A stretch of 59,211 nt of DNA, from the IMG/VR virus record IMGVR_UViG_3300030102_004787, positions 1-59,211 of that record. The stretch is one strand, 5' to 3'. A program made the translations under genes and the position numbers. This DNA is from a virus (taxonomy: Duplodnaviria > Caudoviricetes). Below the pieces are notes generated by a model. It was not told where the DNA came from and ran no database searches. It worked only from the letters and a program-made list of their open reading frames with translations. Numbering within the stretch: position 1 is the stretch's first letter; the number at the start of each line of letters is the position of its first letter. Shown in pieces: positions 40,992 through 50,197 of this stretch.

Positions 40992-41386
40992 TCAAAGTGC
41001 CTCCCTTCTTCTTTTGTTAGTTCATAAAAATATTTTTCTACAAAAACATTGTTTGCAAACTCTGTTCTATATGGACATTTTATTTTTTGTATTGGCTTTT
41101 TTAACAAATTTTCTTTCAAATCAAATAAATCGTACACGTAGATACCATCTGGATCGCTAACCACATAAAAGGGTCTTTTATTATTTGCTTCTCCTACCAT
41201 TAAGAGCTGAAAGCATTTGTCTACCTGTAAGAATTTAGTCTCGTATGCTTTATCTCTTATCTTTATCTCTAGGATAGAGTTGTCGTTATATGCATCATAC
41301 ACATCAAAATCATCTTCAGATGGTACTAAATACTTGTTGAATCTTTTGTTAAGGTTCTCTATAAATTTGATCTCCTTCTCTTTCAT
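40988..41386 (-). CDS. PD-(D/E)XK-like nuclease
   Basis: FDVYDA...ILEIKIR motif. Confidence 0.6.
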   Translation of the reverse strand: MKEKEIKFIENLNKRFNKYLVPSEDDFDVYDAYNDNSILEIKIRDKAYETKFLQVDKCFQLLMVGEANNKRPFYVVSDPDGIYVYDLFDLKENLLKKPIQKIKCPYRTEFANNVFVEKYFYELTKEEGRHFE

Positions 41387-41497
41387 TGATTAGTTCTTTT
41401 ATTAAATAACTTACAAGCCACTCATAATCAGGATGTTTTTTAGTTGCTAATAGTTTAAACGATATCTTATCAGCTATTTTTCTTACATCTTTCATAA

Positions 41498-42733
41498 TTA
41501 CAAACTTAATAAATCTCTTTTAAAGTGTCTGAGGGTGTAATCCTTTTTGTTGGATACCGCTTTGTATATTCTAGGTTCAATACCTTTTTTAGTGAATATC
41601 CAATACACCTTATTATTTAATCTGGTCTTTGTGGTCATACGATCACGACTCTGCCAATAGCTTGTCGCACTAAAATCTATGTTGTAGTACACAATGTAGT
41701 CTGCTTTACGAAGGGATATACCTTCCCTTCCGCTTACGATCTGTAAAGCTATAACCTTCCCTTTATCACTATCATCAAATGATGGTAAATCTGTTACCAG
41801 CTGATCACCAAATACTTTTTTAAGTGCATCAAGTTCTGCCTTGAACTTATAAAATATTCCTATCTTCTTATCCTTAAATGTACGTTTTATATACTCTGCT
41901 TTACTTGTATCAAGCACTGTAGTATTTCCACTTTCAAACTTAACCGTACCACTGTACATCTGGTGTAACTTAGACATTAATTTTACAGGTGTGTCTGCCA
42001 ATATTAATTCACCATCCATCTCAATAGCTCTCTCTCTTTTTAACTCCTCGCACATAGCATATACATACGGATCTATATCTACATTTAAAAAACGTTCCTT
42101 AATCTCAGATTGAAAGCCTGCTTCCTTCTGTGTGTATGATATGGTATAAGGTTGCATTAAGTGTTTTATACTTTCCCTTCCTTTGCTGTAATCCGTAACT
42201 CTGAATCCGTTGATCATCTTCTCTATCTTATTTACGTGATCATCCGCAAATCGATAGAAGTTCCTATACTTACTAAAAGGATTAAGTGGACATCCATATA
42301 CCTGGTGATACATCTGAGAGAAACTCTCTGGTGTAGGAGTCCCAGATAAAAATATAACATAAGGATTTGATACATCTATAATCTCTTTTACTTGTTTTGC
42401 TCTTTTACTTGGCTTGGGAAAAGCTCCCAATGAATGTGCTTCATCACATATAATCATATCCCATTTAATATCTGGTAGCTTATGTAATGATTCATAGTTT
42501 ATGCACCAAAAATTCCAGCACTCATTTAACTTCACCTCATCATCAGATATAGATGAAATAGCTTTCTTTTTTGTTATAAACAATATATTATCAACTTTTA
42601 ATTGTTGACAAACGGCTAGACTAGTAAATGTCTTGCCCGTTCTTACTTCCATAGCTAGATACACAAACTTGTAATGTTTTAATATATCTGTTGCTTTTTT
42701 ACTTATTTCTTTTTGATATGTTCTTAATTCCAT
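41498..42733 (-). CDS. SF2 (SNF2-like) helicase
   Basis: LRTYQ, RTGKT, DEAH, LSGTP, GREGISL, QSRDR. Confidence 0.88.
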   Translation of the reverse strand: MELRTYQKEISKKATDILKHYKFVYLAMEVRTGKTFTSLAVCQQLKVDNILFITKKKAISSISDDEVKLNECWNFWCINYESLHKLPDIKWDMIICDEAHSLGAFPKPSKRAKQVKEIIDVSNPYVIFLSGTPTPESFSQMYHQVYGCPLNPFSKYRNFYRFADDHVNKIEKMINGFRVTDYSKGRESIKHLMQPYTISYTQKEAGFQSEIKERFLNVDIDPYVYAMCEELKRERAIEMDGELILADTPVKLMSKLHQMYSGTVKFESGNTTVLDTSKAEYIKRTFKDKKIGIFYKFKAELDALKKVFGDQLVTDLPSFDDSDKGKVIALQIVSGREGISLRKADYIVYYNIDFSATSYWQSRDRMTTKTRLNNKVYWIFTKKGIEPRIYKAVSNKKDYTLRHFKRDLLSL

Positions 42734-42980
42734 TTCTCAATATTTTATCCAAATTAGCACACCTCTCATAATCCTCCTCCATCTCAAAGTGATGAAGTAA
42801 GAATAACAATTCAAACTTACTTAAAGGAGTGGTTGGATCGTGTGCGAATATTACATCTAAATTTATAAACTTAATCTCAAGATCTTCTAAATAATCTTCC
42901 AGGGTTTTACCTGACATAATAATATTATAAGAATTTACAAAAGCTTGATTTACTCTTTTATTATCGTCTATCTTTTTCAT
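42699..42980 (-). CDS. Hypothetical protein with UvrB/C-like C-terminal motif
   Basis: EEDYERCANL. Confidence 0.6.
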   Translation of the reverse strand: MKKIDDNKRVNQAFVNSYNIIMSGKTLEDYLEDLEIKFINLDVIFAHDPTTPLSKFELLFLLHHFEMEEDYERCANLDKILRNGIKNISKRNK

Positions 42981-45475
42981 TAAAATGGTGGTTCTATTAT
43001 TGAATCTTCAGATCCAAATATTTCATTTTTAATTTCCGGTTGTTCTATTACTGGTTCTTCAAAAGGTATTTGTTTTACCTCTTCTTTACTGTGTTTATTT
43101 ACAATCTTAATCCACCTTCCCTTTGCACCATCTTTCCCCTCATCAGGATTCACTCCTGTTTTATACACAGCGTATGCTTTTAACCATCTATAAAACTCTG
43201 TCCTAGAAACCGTCCTTTTAGCCTTTGGGGCAAAGTCTGGGTTGTCTGCTATAAAGTCAAAGTACAAGTCCTGTTTGTATACTCTATCTCCATTCTCAAA
43301 CTCTTCATTAGGAATGTTTCCATCAATTAAGCCTAACCATTCTATAAACTCGTGACAAGTCTTTTGTGCTAGCTTTTTAATTTTAAGATTAACAAACTTA
43401 CTTTTTATCAGACCGTTATTCATATACAATTGCAAACAGTAAATCATATAGTTGTCAAACTGACACCACTCCGATTTATCCCAATCTCCAAATAATAATT
43501 TACCGAACTCATCAAGTGGTGTGTATTTAGCATTGTAATGTTGGGCTAGTTCTAGCTCCCACTTTCTTCTTTCAAAAGAATTACCATCTCCTTTGATAGC
43601 GTAGTTAGTAGTAATAGAAACCTTTGGTGATTTATCAAATGGTATTTTGATTGCGTCTTTATTTTTTTTCTCTAAAGTCAATCCTTCTGTAATCACACTA
43701 AATAACCTCTCAAAATTAAAGTTCTTTCTCACATCATCAAAGCAAAGTAGTTGCGTGTCTGCGGATACTAACTGATAAGGGAATGATCTTTCAAAGTGAA
43801 ACGACTTCCCATCAATGACCACCAGCTTTTTCATATGCTGTAATGCATTCATAAATATACCTTTACCTGTACCACCTTCGGGATCATTACTCAATACTTC
43901 ATCATATAGTATAACAGCTGGACAATAGGATAGATTTTTGTATCCGTGCATCAAATAACCTATTGTACTTTCCATAGACAATATTCTTTCCTTATCTTCT
44001 GCAGATATATTGGATATAAACTTTTGATAGTCGCAATCATAATAATCGCAGAAAGCAAACTTCCGTGGTATAACGTGCTCTTTCCACACAAAGCCACCTA
44101 GATCTATATAATCTATTGATTCTATCTTATTAAGAGTTATCTTAACTGCGCAATTAGTGTAATATAAATAGGAAGCATTTTTAGTGTCCTCCATAAAAAG
44201 TACATCCACAGATGTGAGTAGAGTTAAAAACTCCTCCCTAAAGTACTTTGTATTCTCAGCGAAATAATTATATACATCTACATCGTTTACTTCCATTAAG
44301 TAATTAAGCACATAATCTTTTATTTCTTTTTCTGTTGTGTTATCAATCAAATTGTTTTTTACCCTGACGAATACATAACTAGTACTGCCCTGTGGATTGT
44401 ACTTATAAAAACCTGCCTCCTCTAAAAAGTTTTTAAACTTTAAATGAAATATCTTTATGACTCCCTTTGATGATCTAGTCCAGAAGTCAGCATTACTATT
44501 CTCTAAACTAATCTTATTGACTACCTCTTTTATTTTTTCTTCTTCGTAATCTTCTTTTAGTTCCTGCACAATAGAGTCTTTACTTCTGCCTTGTATTATC
44601 TTAGACTTGATCTCAGATATCTTTTGAGTATCTTCATATGACTTAGTGCCGAAGTTAGCTACCTGTGAATAAGCTGAGTCAATGGTTTGTTTTATTTCTT
44701 TAGCTGTAAATGTAGATGACTCATATCTTTTAATTACAAACTCAGCTAAAGACTTGCTTATACCAAAGTCATTAAAAGCTGCAGCCAATATGTACACATT
44801 GTTATTGCGTTGTCCCTCTTGCATAGGGTATTTCTTTTCCCACCATCCACTAAGCATTTCAACTAATTTACTTTCATCAGTGATTGGTATAGATACTTCA
44901 GAAGTCTTTACTTCAACCGGAGTTATTCTTTCTAATTTATCTACCCATAGTCTTGAGTTTTCGTTTATATAAATATCAGGATCATAACTTTCGTAACATA
45001 CCCTGGATAAGTTCTTGCAAGTCAAATCAAAGTGAGTTGAATTAAAATGCTCATCCAATGCTTCAAAGAAAAATACGTGTGAATCTATTTCATTTGGTAT
45101 CTTAACCAATACCTTCAAACCTCTGCCTGATGGTGAGATGAAACAACTATACACATATTCATCTTTGCAAATATCTTTTTTAAACTTGTGTAGTTCTTTG
45201 TCACTTGCAAACTCATCAAAGTCCAAGCATATTAAACCACTGTGCTCTTGAATAGATGCATCGTTTCTTTTGGTGAACACCCCACTAAAGCAAATAGCAG
45301 GTAGTTGTTTCTTTAGTTCGTTAATCTTATTTTTTTGTTTTAGTGATCTAATCTTTTCGATTAAATCTTTTGACTTACCATTCTGTATTCTTTGTAAAGC
45401 CACCTCTACACCTCTGTGAAAGGGTTGACTTGTCTCTTTTATATTTTTAAATAATGTTATATACCTCTTATCCAT
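42980..45475 (-). CDS. Primase-helicase (VirE-N/BT4734-like primase domain, PriCT, SF3-like helicase)
   Basis: KKQLPAICFSG, SGLICLDFD, FISPSGRGLK, SYDPD, GQRNN, GGTGKG, FDDV, ITTNY. Confidence 0.85.
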   Translation of the reverse strand: MDKRYITLFKNIKETSQPFHRGVEVALQRIQNGKSKDLIEKIRSLKQKNKINELKKQLPAICFSGVFTKRNDASIQEHSGLICLDFDEFASDKELHKFKKDICKDEYVYSCFISPSGRGLKVLVKIPNEIDSHVFFFEALDEHFNSTHFDLTCKNLSRVCYESYDPDIYINENSRLWVDKLERITPVEVKTSEVSIPITDESKLVEMLSGWWEKKYPMQEGQRNNNVYILAAAFNDFGISKSLAEFVIKRYESSTFTAKEIKQTIDSAYSQVANFGTKSYEDTQKISEIKSKIIQGRSKDSIVQELKEDYEEEKIKEVVNKISLENSNADFWTRSSKGVIKIFHLKFKNFLEEAGFYKYNPQGSTSYVFVRVKNNLIDNTTEKEIKDYVLNYLMEVNDVDVYNYFAENTKYFREEFLTLLTSVDVLFMEDTKNASYLYYTNCAVKITLNKIESIDYIDLGGFVWKEHVIPRKFAFCDYYDCDYQKFISNISAEDKERILSMESTIGYLMHGYKNLSYCPAVILYDEVLSNDPEGGTGKGIFMNALQHMKKLVVIDGKSFHFERSFPYQLVSADTQLLCFDDVRKNFNFERLFSVITEGLTLEKKNKDAIKIPFDKSPKVSITTNYAIKGDGNSFERRKWELELAQHYNAKYTPLDEFGKLLFGDWDKSEWCQFDNYMIYCLQLYMNNGLIKSKFVNLKIKKLAQKTCHEFIEWLGLIDGNIPNEEFENGDRVYKQDLYFDFIADNPDFAPKAKRTVSRTEFYRWLKAYAVYKTGVNPDEGKDGAKGRWIKIVNKHSKEEVKQIPFEEPVIEQPEIKNEIFGSEDSIIEPPF

Positions 45476-45505
45476 ACTTAATTTAATTTAATTGTTTGTG
45501 CCGAA

Positions 45506-45600
45506 ATGACGATTTTTTATAAAAATCTAGCGTAAATATATAAAATACATTCATTTATATACTTTTTATTTTTTTTATTTTTTTTAAAAAAAAACGTCCC
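45506..45600 (-). repeat. 95-bp AT-rich element A bounded by inverted GACGWTT boxes
   Basis: Same length, same terminal boxes and same internal A-tract-GTATATA as 52651-52745, in the opposite orientation. Confidence 0.7.
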
Positions 45601-45685
45601 ATATATATATAAATATGTTGTAAATAATTATGTATGTTAATACAATTACACCAAACACTGTAAATATTTCTATTGCTTGTAACAT
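45584..45685 (-). CDS. Possible 33-aa membrane peptide
   Basis: MLQAIEIFTVFGVIVLTYIIIYNIFIYIWDVFF; A-rich leader. Confidence 0.35.
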   Translation of the reverse strand: MLQAIEIFTVFGVIVLTYIIIYNIFIYIWDVFF

Positions 45686-45700
45686 AGTTGTTTATAAATT

Positions 45701-45741
45701 AAAAAGGGGGTGCGGCACTCAAAACTTTACCCAACACCCCC
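45701..45741 (-). terminator. Probable terminator after the putative SSB gene
   Basis: Minus strand GGGGGTG...CACCCCC followed by TTTTT; long loop. Confidence 0.55.
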
Positions 45742-45789
45742 ACAGAATAAAACGCAATCCTCTTTTGGATATACGTCATATTCATATTG

Positions 45790-46023
45790 TTAGAAATTTA
45801 CTTCTTCAGTTTTCTTTGGTTCATAAGTATCCAACTCGCAATAGTAATTACCACCTTTTGCTTGTTTGATATCTAAATTTACCCAACCATTCTTAGCGTG
45901 TGAAGTTAAGAATGCTACCGCCTCATCAACCTTGATGGACTGTCTCCCTACTACAAATTCAGGAGCCGTTTCGCTTCTCTTGAAAGAGAAACCAGATGCA
46001 AATACTTTTTCTTTTGTCATCAT
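45790..46023 (-). CDS. Putative single-stranded DNA-binding protein
   Basis: Small beta-rich aromatic protein with an acidic tail ending in Phe (EEVNF); follows ERF and exonuclease. Confidence 0.5.
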   Translation of the reverse strand: MMTKEKVFASGFSFKRSETAPEFVVGRQSIKVDEAVAFLTSHAKNGWVNLDIKQAKGGNYYCELDTYEPKKTEEVNF

Positions 46024-46038
46024 TATTTGTTTTTAATT

Positions 46039-46085
46039 TACTCACAACTTATCTATACATAATCCAGGGTGTGAGTATACCTGGA
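46039..46085 (-). promoter_or_regulatory. Predicted H-type RNA pseudoknot in the leader of the putative SSB gene
   Basis: S1 UCCAGG/CCUGGA and S2 UACUCACA/UGUGAGUA, both perfectly paired and interleaved. Confidence 0.65.
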
Positions 46086-46086
46086 A

Positions 46087-46821
46087 TTAATTTAGTAATT
46101 CATCGAAGTAGAAATCATCAATAGATATCTCAGCATCTTCAGAAAAGAACTGACGATAGATATTAACTGCTCTTTCTACTTTTCTTTCTCCGCTTTCTAA
46201 GAACGCTTCTGTAGGTTTATATATGCCCAGTAGCATACTAGTCTTATCAATAGCGTAGAAGTGTACAGGAACTCCAAATATCTGCTGATATATGTATGCC
46301 TGACTATCATAGTTATATTTCTTTGCTGATAAATGAAATTTGGATATATCTGATGTGGTTTTTAGATCTATAATCTTATCCTCGCATAGTATATCTGCTT
46401 TACCTTTCCACTGCTCTCCTTTTAAGAAAGTAACTCCAGGTACTTCATATTTGTTTCCATTAGCATATATATCATCAAAGAATTTAAAGTTAGCTTTCAT
46501 TACACCACATAAACTATTTAAGTGGTCCACTTCGTGTTTTAAAATTAAAATGTTTTCATCATAGTCGTGAAGATCTTTTTTATATTCTGTGCTATTACGA
46601 GACCTTGCACCACTAATTTTAAACGCATCTATCTTATCTGGCTCTAGCATATAGGTGTGAAAATATCTTCCTTCTATAAGTGGTTTTGTTTCTACTGTCT
46701 GCTGTCTGAACGCCCTAGGATTATTCAATAGAGTGTATATGTCTGAGTTCGATAAGAATTTCCTACCGAACTCTCCATAATAATCTTTGTCATTCTCAAG
46801 ACGTTTTAATATCGCCTCCAT
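46087..46821 (-). CDS. RecE/exonuclease VIII-like PD-(D/E)XK nuclease
   Basis: LSNSDI, GRYFHTYMLEP, KGKADIL..IIDLKTT, YDSQAYIY. Confidence 0.85.
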   Translation of the reverse strand: MEAILKRLENDKDYYGEFGRKFLSNSDIYTLLNNPRAFRQQTVETKPLIEGRYFHTYMLEPDKIDAFKISGARSRNSTEYKKDLHDYDENILILKHEVDHLNSLCGVMKANFKFFDDIYANGNKYEVPGVTFLKGEQWKGKADILCEDKIIDLKTTSDISKFHLSAKKYNYDSQAYIYQQIFGVPVHFYAIDKTSMLLGIYKPTEAFLESGERKVERAVNIYRQFFSEDAEISIDDFYFDELLN

Positions 46822-47381
46822 TACTTAACCTGTTTTTTGATTTCGCTCAACGCTTTTGGAGTAAAGTCATACTTCTTCTTTAGTGCATTTACTACTGCAT
46901 CAAAACCCAAGTGCTTGTTAGCAACCACATACTTCAAGCAATCAGTCCACTTAGCATCTCCAATGTCAATAATACCTTTGTTTTTGAAGGTTTGTTTCTT
47001 GTCGTGTGTGTTGGTTACGTCTGGGTCATTGGTATCATCTATAAGTAACAGCCCATTCAACGCATACTTTCTAGCATACGATGAAGAACTACCAAAACTC
47101 TGGGCAATGTCCATCCCCTTTCTGTTTGGATCCACACCGGCACAAGAACTTACGCTGATCTCTTCTGATCCTTCTCTGTAAGTAGCTGTGGCTACGATAG
47201 TTACGATACCACCCATATCTACTACCTCATCAGATAGTGTAATGGATGCTTTGTGTTTCTTTAGTATAGGCTTAACGGCCTCAAGTATATCCTCACAAGA
47301 ACGATACTTGTATTTACCAAAACTATTGTATTGGTTTTTAGGAGCCTTCAACTCCGATTGTATTAAATTTAATTTACTCAT
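46821..47381 (-). CDS. erf: ERF-family single-strand annealing protein
   Basis: KAPKNQYNSFGKYKYRSCEDILEAVKP and GSSSSYARKYALNGL. Confidence 0.92.
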   Translation of the reverse strand: MSKLNLIQSELKAPKNQYNSFGKYKYRSCEDILEAVKPILKKHKASITLSDEVVDMGGIVTIVATATYREGSEEISVSSCAGVDPNRKGMDIAQSFGSSSSYARKYALNGLLLIDDTNDPDVTNTHDKKQTFKNKGIIDIGDAKWTDCLKYVVANKHLGFDAVVNALKKKYDFTPKALSEIKKQVK

Positions 47382-47405
47382 TGTTTATTTATTTATTGTT
47401 TATTT
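47378..47405. repeat. 28-bp perfect direct repeat, copy 1
   Basis: TCATTGTTTATTTATTTATTGTTTATTT, also at 47637-47664. Confidence 0.9.
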
Positions 47406-47640
47406 TATTTATAAGCTTTTTATAATATATATCTTTATCTTCCCAGTATTTTTTAAATCCTTCTTTTGTTACCTTGTTTGATTTATATTTTGGATGAATT
47501 ACTTTGTAACCATTGCTTTGCAACATTTCTATTGCTTCCAGTTCTTTTTTATGTAACATTTCTAAAGCTATTAATACATTTTTATAACTAGACTCACTTT
47601 CTTCCATTAACTGATCTAAATACGTGTGTTTTTTTTTCAT
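47389..47640 (-). CDS. Hypothetical protein flanked by direct repeats
   Basis: 83 aa ORF. Confidence 0.65.
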   Translation of the reverse strand: MKKKHTYLDQLMEESESSYKNVLIALEMLHKKELEAIEMLQSNGYKVIHPKYKSNKVTKEGFKKYWEDKDIYYKKLINKINNK

Positions 47641-47664
47641 TGTTTATTTATTTATTGTTTATTT
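47637..47664. repeat. 28-bp perfect direct repeat, copy 2
   Basis: Identical to 47378-47405. Confidence 0.9.
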
Positions 47665-47947
47665 CGTTATAAAGATTTCTCCAGTCAGCATCATCATCTA
47701 TTTTTTCTGCCATCTTATTTTGTGCATATATAATAGTAGAGTGATCAATATACTGATCGTACTTATCATTAGCATACTCCTGTATGTAATGAATGTTTAT
47801 ATTGTTTTGCTTACATATGTAAAAGAACATATGCCTGGCATCAATATGCTTTCTTATTTTTGATTTATCAAATATATTTGATTGTGCTACCCTCAGCCTG
47901 TTGCAGACTTTCCTTAGTAGACTCTGTATAGATTCTGTTTTCGTCAT
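47648..47947 (-). CDS. Second DnaA C-terminal-like HTH protein
   Basis: IFDKSKIRKHIDARHMFFYIC...DHSTIIYA. Confidence 0.75.
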   Translation of the reverse strand: MTKTESIQSLLRKVCNRLRVAQSNIFDKSKIRKHIDARHMFFYICKQNNINIHYIQEYANDKYDQYIDHSTIIYAQNKMAEKIDDDADWRNLYNEINNK

Positions 47948-48208
47948 TTTCTTGTTCGTTTAATAAATACTCTTGTTGTAAATATATGTCATCAATATTC
48001 ATCAATTGATGATAAAACATATACATATCTTTACTTTTTCCCATTGTGCTAATATAATTATTGTTAGTAAAATATGCAAGGATTGTTGGCACTATTTTAA
48101 ATTGGTGTGCCTGTTACATCAAATTCTTGCCTTTCTATTTTATTTTCAAGATCTTTTAAAACCCTCAGCATTCCTATGCCTTCTGCTTTTTCTCTTGAGC
48201 TACCAAAG

Positions 48209-48424
48209 TCAAGCAACTCCATTGCCATTTCTCTTTGCGTTTTTATAAATTTTTCTAAGTTCATCGTCATCTTTATTTAGTTTATAAATTATTTTTACTG
48301 CTTTAATGGTGGCTCTTACTTCTCTTTTACGTGAGTACTGCCACCACTTAATGCTTTTTAGTTGCCGGTTTAACTCTCTTATATCAGCTATTCCGTTTAT
48401 TATTTCAATGTCTCTGTTCGTCAT
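48209..48424 (-). CDS. Hypothetical early protein
   Basis: 71 aa ORF. Confidence 0.55.
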   Translation of the reverse strand: MTNRDIEIINGIADIRELNRQLKSIKWWQYSRKREVRATIKAVKIIYKLNKDDDELRKIYKNAKRNGNGVA

Positions 48425-48504
48425 CTTCTTCGTCTGTTATGTGAACAAAGTTTTTTTCTAGCCAATCTTTAGAAACTCCCTTCTCGATTAGTTTTTCTTT
48501 TAGT

Positions 48505-48618
48505 TTATCTTTTTTCATTTGTTATTTTGTTTTTAATTATTTGTTCTATTCTTTTTTGTCTCTTGATCTCTTTGTCAAGTTCTTCTAATTGTTTCTTTAT
48601 TTGTTTTATGATTTCCAT
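48505..48618 (-). CDS. 37-aa coiled-coil peptide (duplicate copy)
   Basis: MEIIKQIKKQLEELDKEIKRQKRIEQIIKNKITNEKR. Confidence 0.55.
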   Translation of the reverse strand: MEIIKQIKKQLEELDKEIKRQKRIEQIIKNKITNEKR

Positions 48619-48775
48619 TTCTTTAGCCTTTCATTTTATTTATTGTTTGTTATTTTGTTTTTAATTATTTGTTCTATTCTTTCTATATATCTTATTTCTC
48701 TCTTGATCTCTTTGTCAAGTTCTTTTAATTGTTTCTTTATTTGTTTTATGATTTCCATTTCTTTAGCCTTTCATT
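48518..48775. repeat. Tandem duplication (48518-48635 and 48646-48775)
   Basis: 118 and 130 bp near-identical units differing by a net 12-bp indel and few substitutions. Confidence 0.92.
48636..48758 (-). CDS. 40-aa coiled-coil peptide
   Basis: MEIIKQIKKQLKELDKEIKREIRYIERIEQIIKNKITNNK. Confidence 0.55.
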   Translation of the reverse strand: MEIIKQIKKQLKELDKEIKREIRYIERIEQIIKNKITNNK

Positions 48776-48922
48776 ATATTTAATTAGTAATTCTCTTTTT
48801 AGTGGGTCCACTATTCCTCGTTCAACGGCATCCATACATATTTGATAATGTAATCTGTGTACCCTTTCTTCCAGGTATAGTTTATGTCTCATACACCTGG
48901 TGTATTTTTTAAATAGTTTCAT
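48746..48922 (-). CDS. Hypothetical early protein (58 aa)
   Basis: Manual translation MKLFKKYTRCMRHKLYLEERVHRL...; ATGA overlap. Confidence 0.55.
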   Translation of the reverse strand: MKLFKKYTRCMRHKLYLEERVHRLHYQICMDAVERGIVDPLKRELLIKYNERLKKWKS

Positions 48923-49218
48923 AATAATTCATTTAGTTCTAGGTTGCAAATTTCTTCTCCTACTTCATCTATCAAATCTTCATCCACATATATAAGACAT
49001 CCACCTGTTTGCCTTAATGTATCGTAGTGGTCTGATCTTAATATTTCAAACATATCTTTTTTATTTAAGAATATATTTTCTAGATCATACTTTTGTATAT
49101 CATTCAAATGCATATGGTATATCTTATGCTCGTGATAGTTTTCTCTACTTAATATGACTAGGTCTGCAATACCTTCGTATCTAGGATCCGATTTTAGTTC
49201 AAAGAATTTTGTTTCCAT
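48919..49218 (-). CDS. Hypothetical early protein
   Basis: 99 aa ORF. Confidence 0.65.
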   Translation of the reverse strand: METKFFELKSDPRYEGIADLVILSRENYHEHKIYHMHLNDIQKYDLENIFLNKKDMFEILRSDHYDTLRQTGGCLIYVDEDLIDEVGEEICNLELNELL

Positions 49219-49403
49219 TACTTATCGTTTTTAATTGTTAGTATTTTGTCATTCTCTTTTTTGAACCACACCAATAAATTTATTAGTTGGTCTAACTCCA
49301 ATGCATTCAACCTATTCTCTGAGTAGTGTAATCTAGTTACGTTCTGATTAAATAGTTTTGTAGCTTGGTTTTTTATATCATTGATTAAATTTTGTTTGTT
49401 CAT
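49218..49403 (-). CDS. Hypothetical early protein
   Basis: 61 aa ORF coupled to the next gene. Confidence 0.6.
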   Translation of the reverse strand: MNKQNLINDIKNQATKLFNQNVTRLHYSENRLNALELDQLINLLVWFKKENDKILTIKNDK

Positions 49404-49529
49404 AACTGTTTATTTTATTTATTAATTTAATTGCTCTGTGTATGTAGTATCTATTGCTCATTAGTTTCGAGTCCTCCAGAAATGTCATTCTATTTCTTAG
49501 GTCCTGTTTTATTTTATCGTAGTTCATAT

Positions 49530-49829
49530 TTATATTTCTTTTATAATTCTCATAGCCTTAGCTAATAACCAAGTCCCACCTTGAGACTCGGGCCTGTTCT
49601 CGTAGGTAAAGTCATCTACTTCTACCTCTACCCACACTCTACCCTTAGTTCCTAAATGTGGAGCCTCTGGTTTAAGAGTACAGTGCCATCCAGGTCTGAA
49701 CGCAAAGCCTTTTGTATTATGTTCTTCAGCTTCCATCCATACACCAATTGGCAATCTGTTTGTTTTGTTTATAAACAAGGATGACAAACTGCCGTCCTTC
49801 ATTTTTCTTACTAATTTATACGCTTTCAT
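49530..49829 (-). CDS. Hypothetical phage protein
   Basis: 99 aa with KAYKL, RPGWHC and RVWVEVEV motifs. Confidence 0.75.
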   Translation of the reverse strand: MKAYKLVRKMKDGSLSSLFINKTNRLPIGVWMEAEEHNTKGFAFRPGWHCTLKPEAPHLGTKGRVWVEVEVDDFTYENRPESQGGTWLLAKAMRIIKEI

Positions 49830-49968
49830 CTTTTGTGTTTTTATTTATTAAAGTTTTATTAAATAGTTCTGTTTCATTTTTACAATTATTCTGATCAATA
49901 CATTCCTTTAGCCATAAATCTGAATAGTAAATAATAAAGTCAAAATCATTTTTCATAGTTGTTTGTTT

Positions 49969-50157
49969 TTATTTTTTTGCGAATGTGTAGCAATCATTAT
50001 ATAAGTTTTTCTTATTGTGTTTATATATATCATATGTATGTACATTTTGTGTCGATGTACATTGAGACATTACAATAATGGTTAATATAAAAATTGTTGA
50101 TACTGTTATGATTTTACTCAAGTTAAACCATATCATATTCTTTGTGTACTTATTCAT
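49969..50157 (-). CDS. Small membrane protein or lipoprotein
   Basis: Basic N-terminus, hydrophobic stretch, MSQC. Confidence 0.5.
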   Translation of the reverse strand: MNKYTKNMIWFNLSKIITVSTIFILTIIVMSQCTSTQNVHTYDIYKHNKKNLYNDCYTFAKK

Positions 50158-50197
50158 AATTATTTGTTTTTTGTTTGTTTATTGTTTGTTTGTTATA

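Noticed and set aside
46039-46089. Stop-codon readthrough pseudoknot fusing the exonuclease and SSB
   Set aside because: An in-frame TGA follows 14 codons after the TAA, so no fusion is possible.
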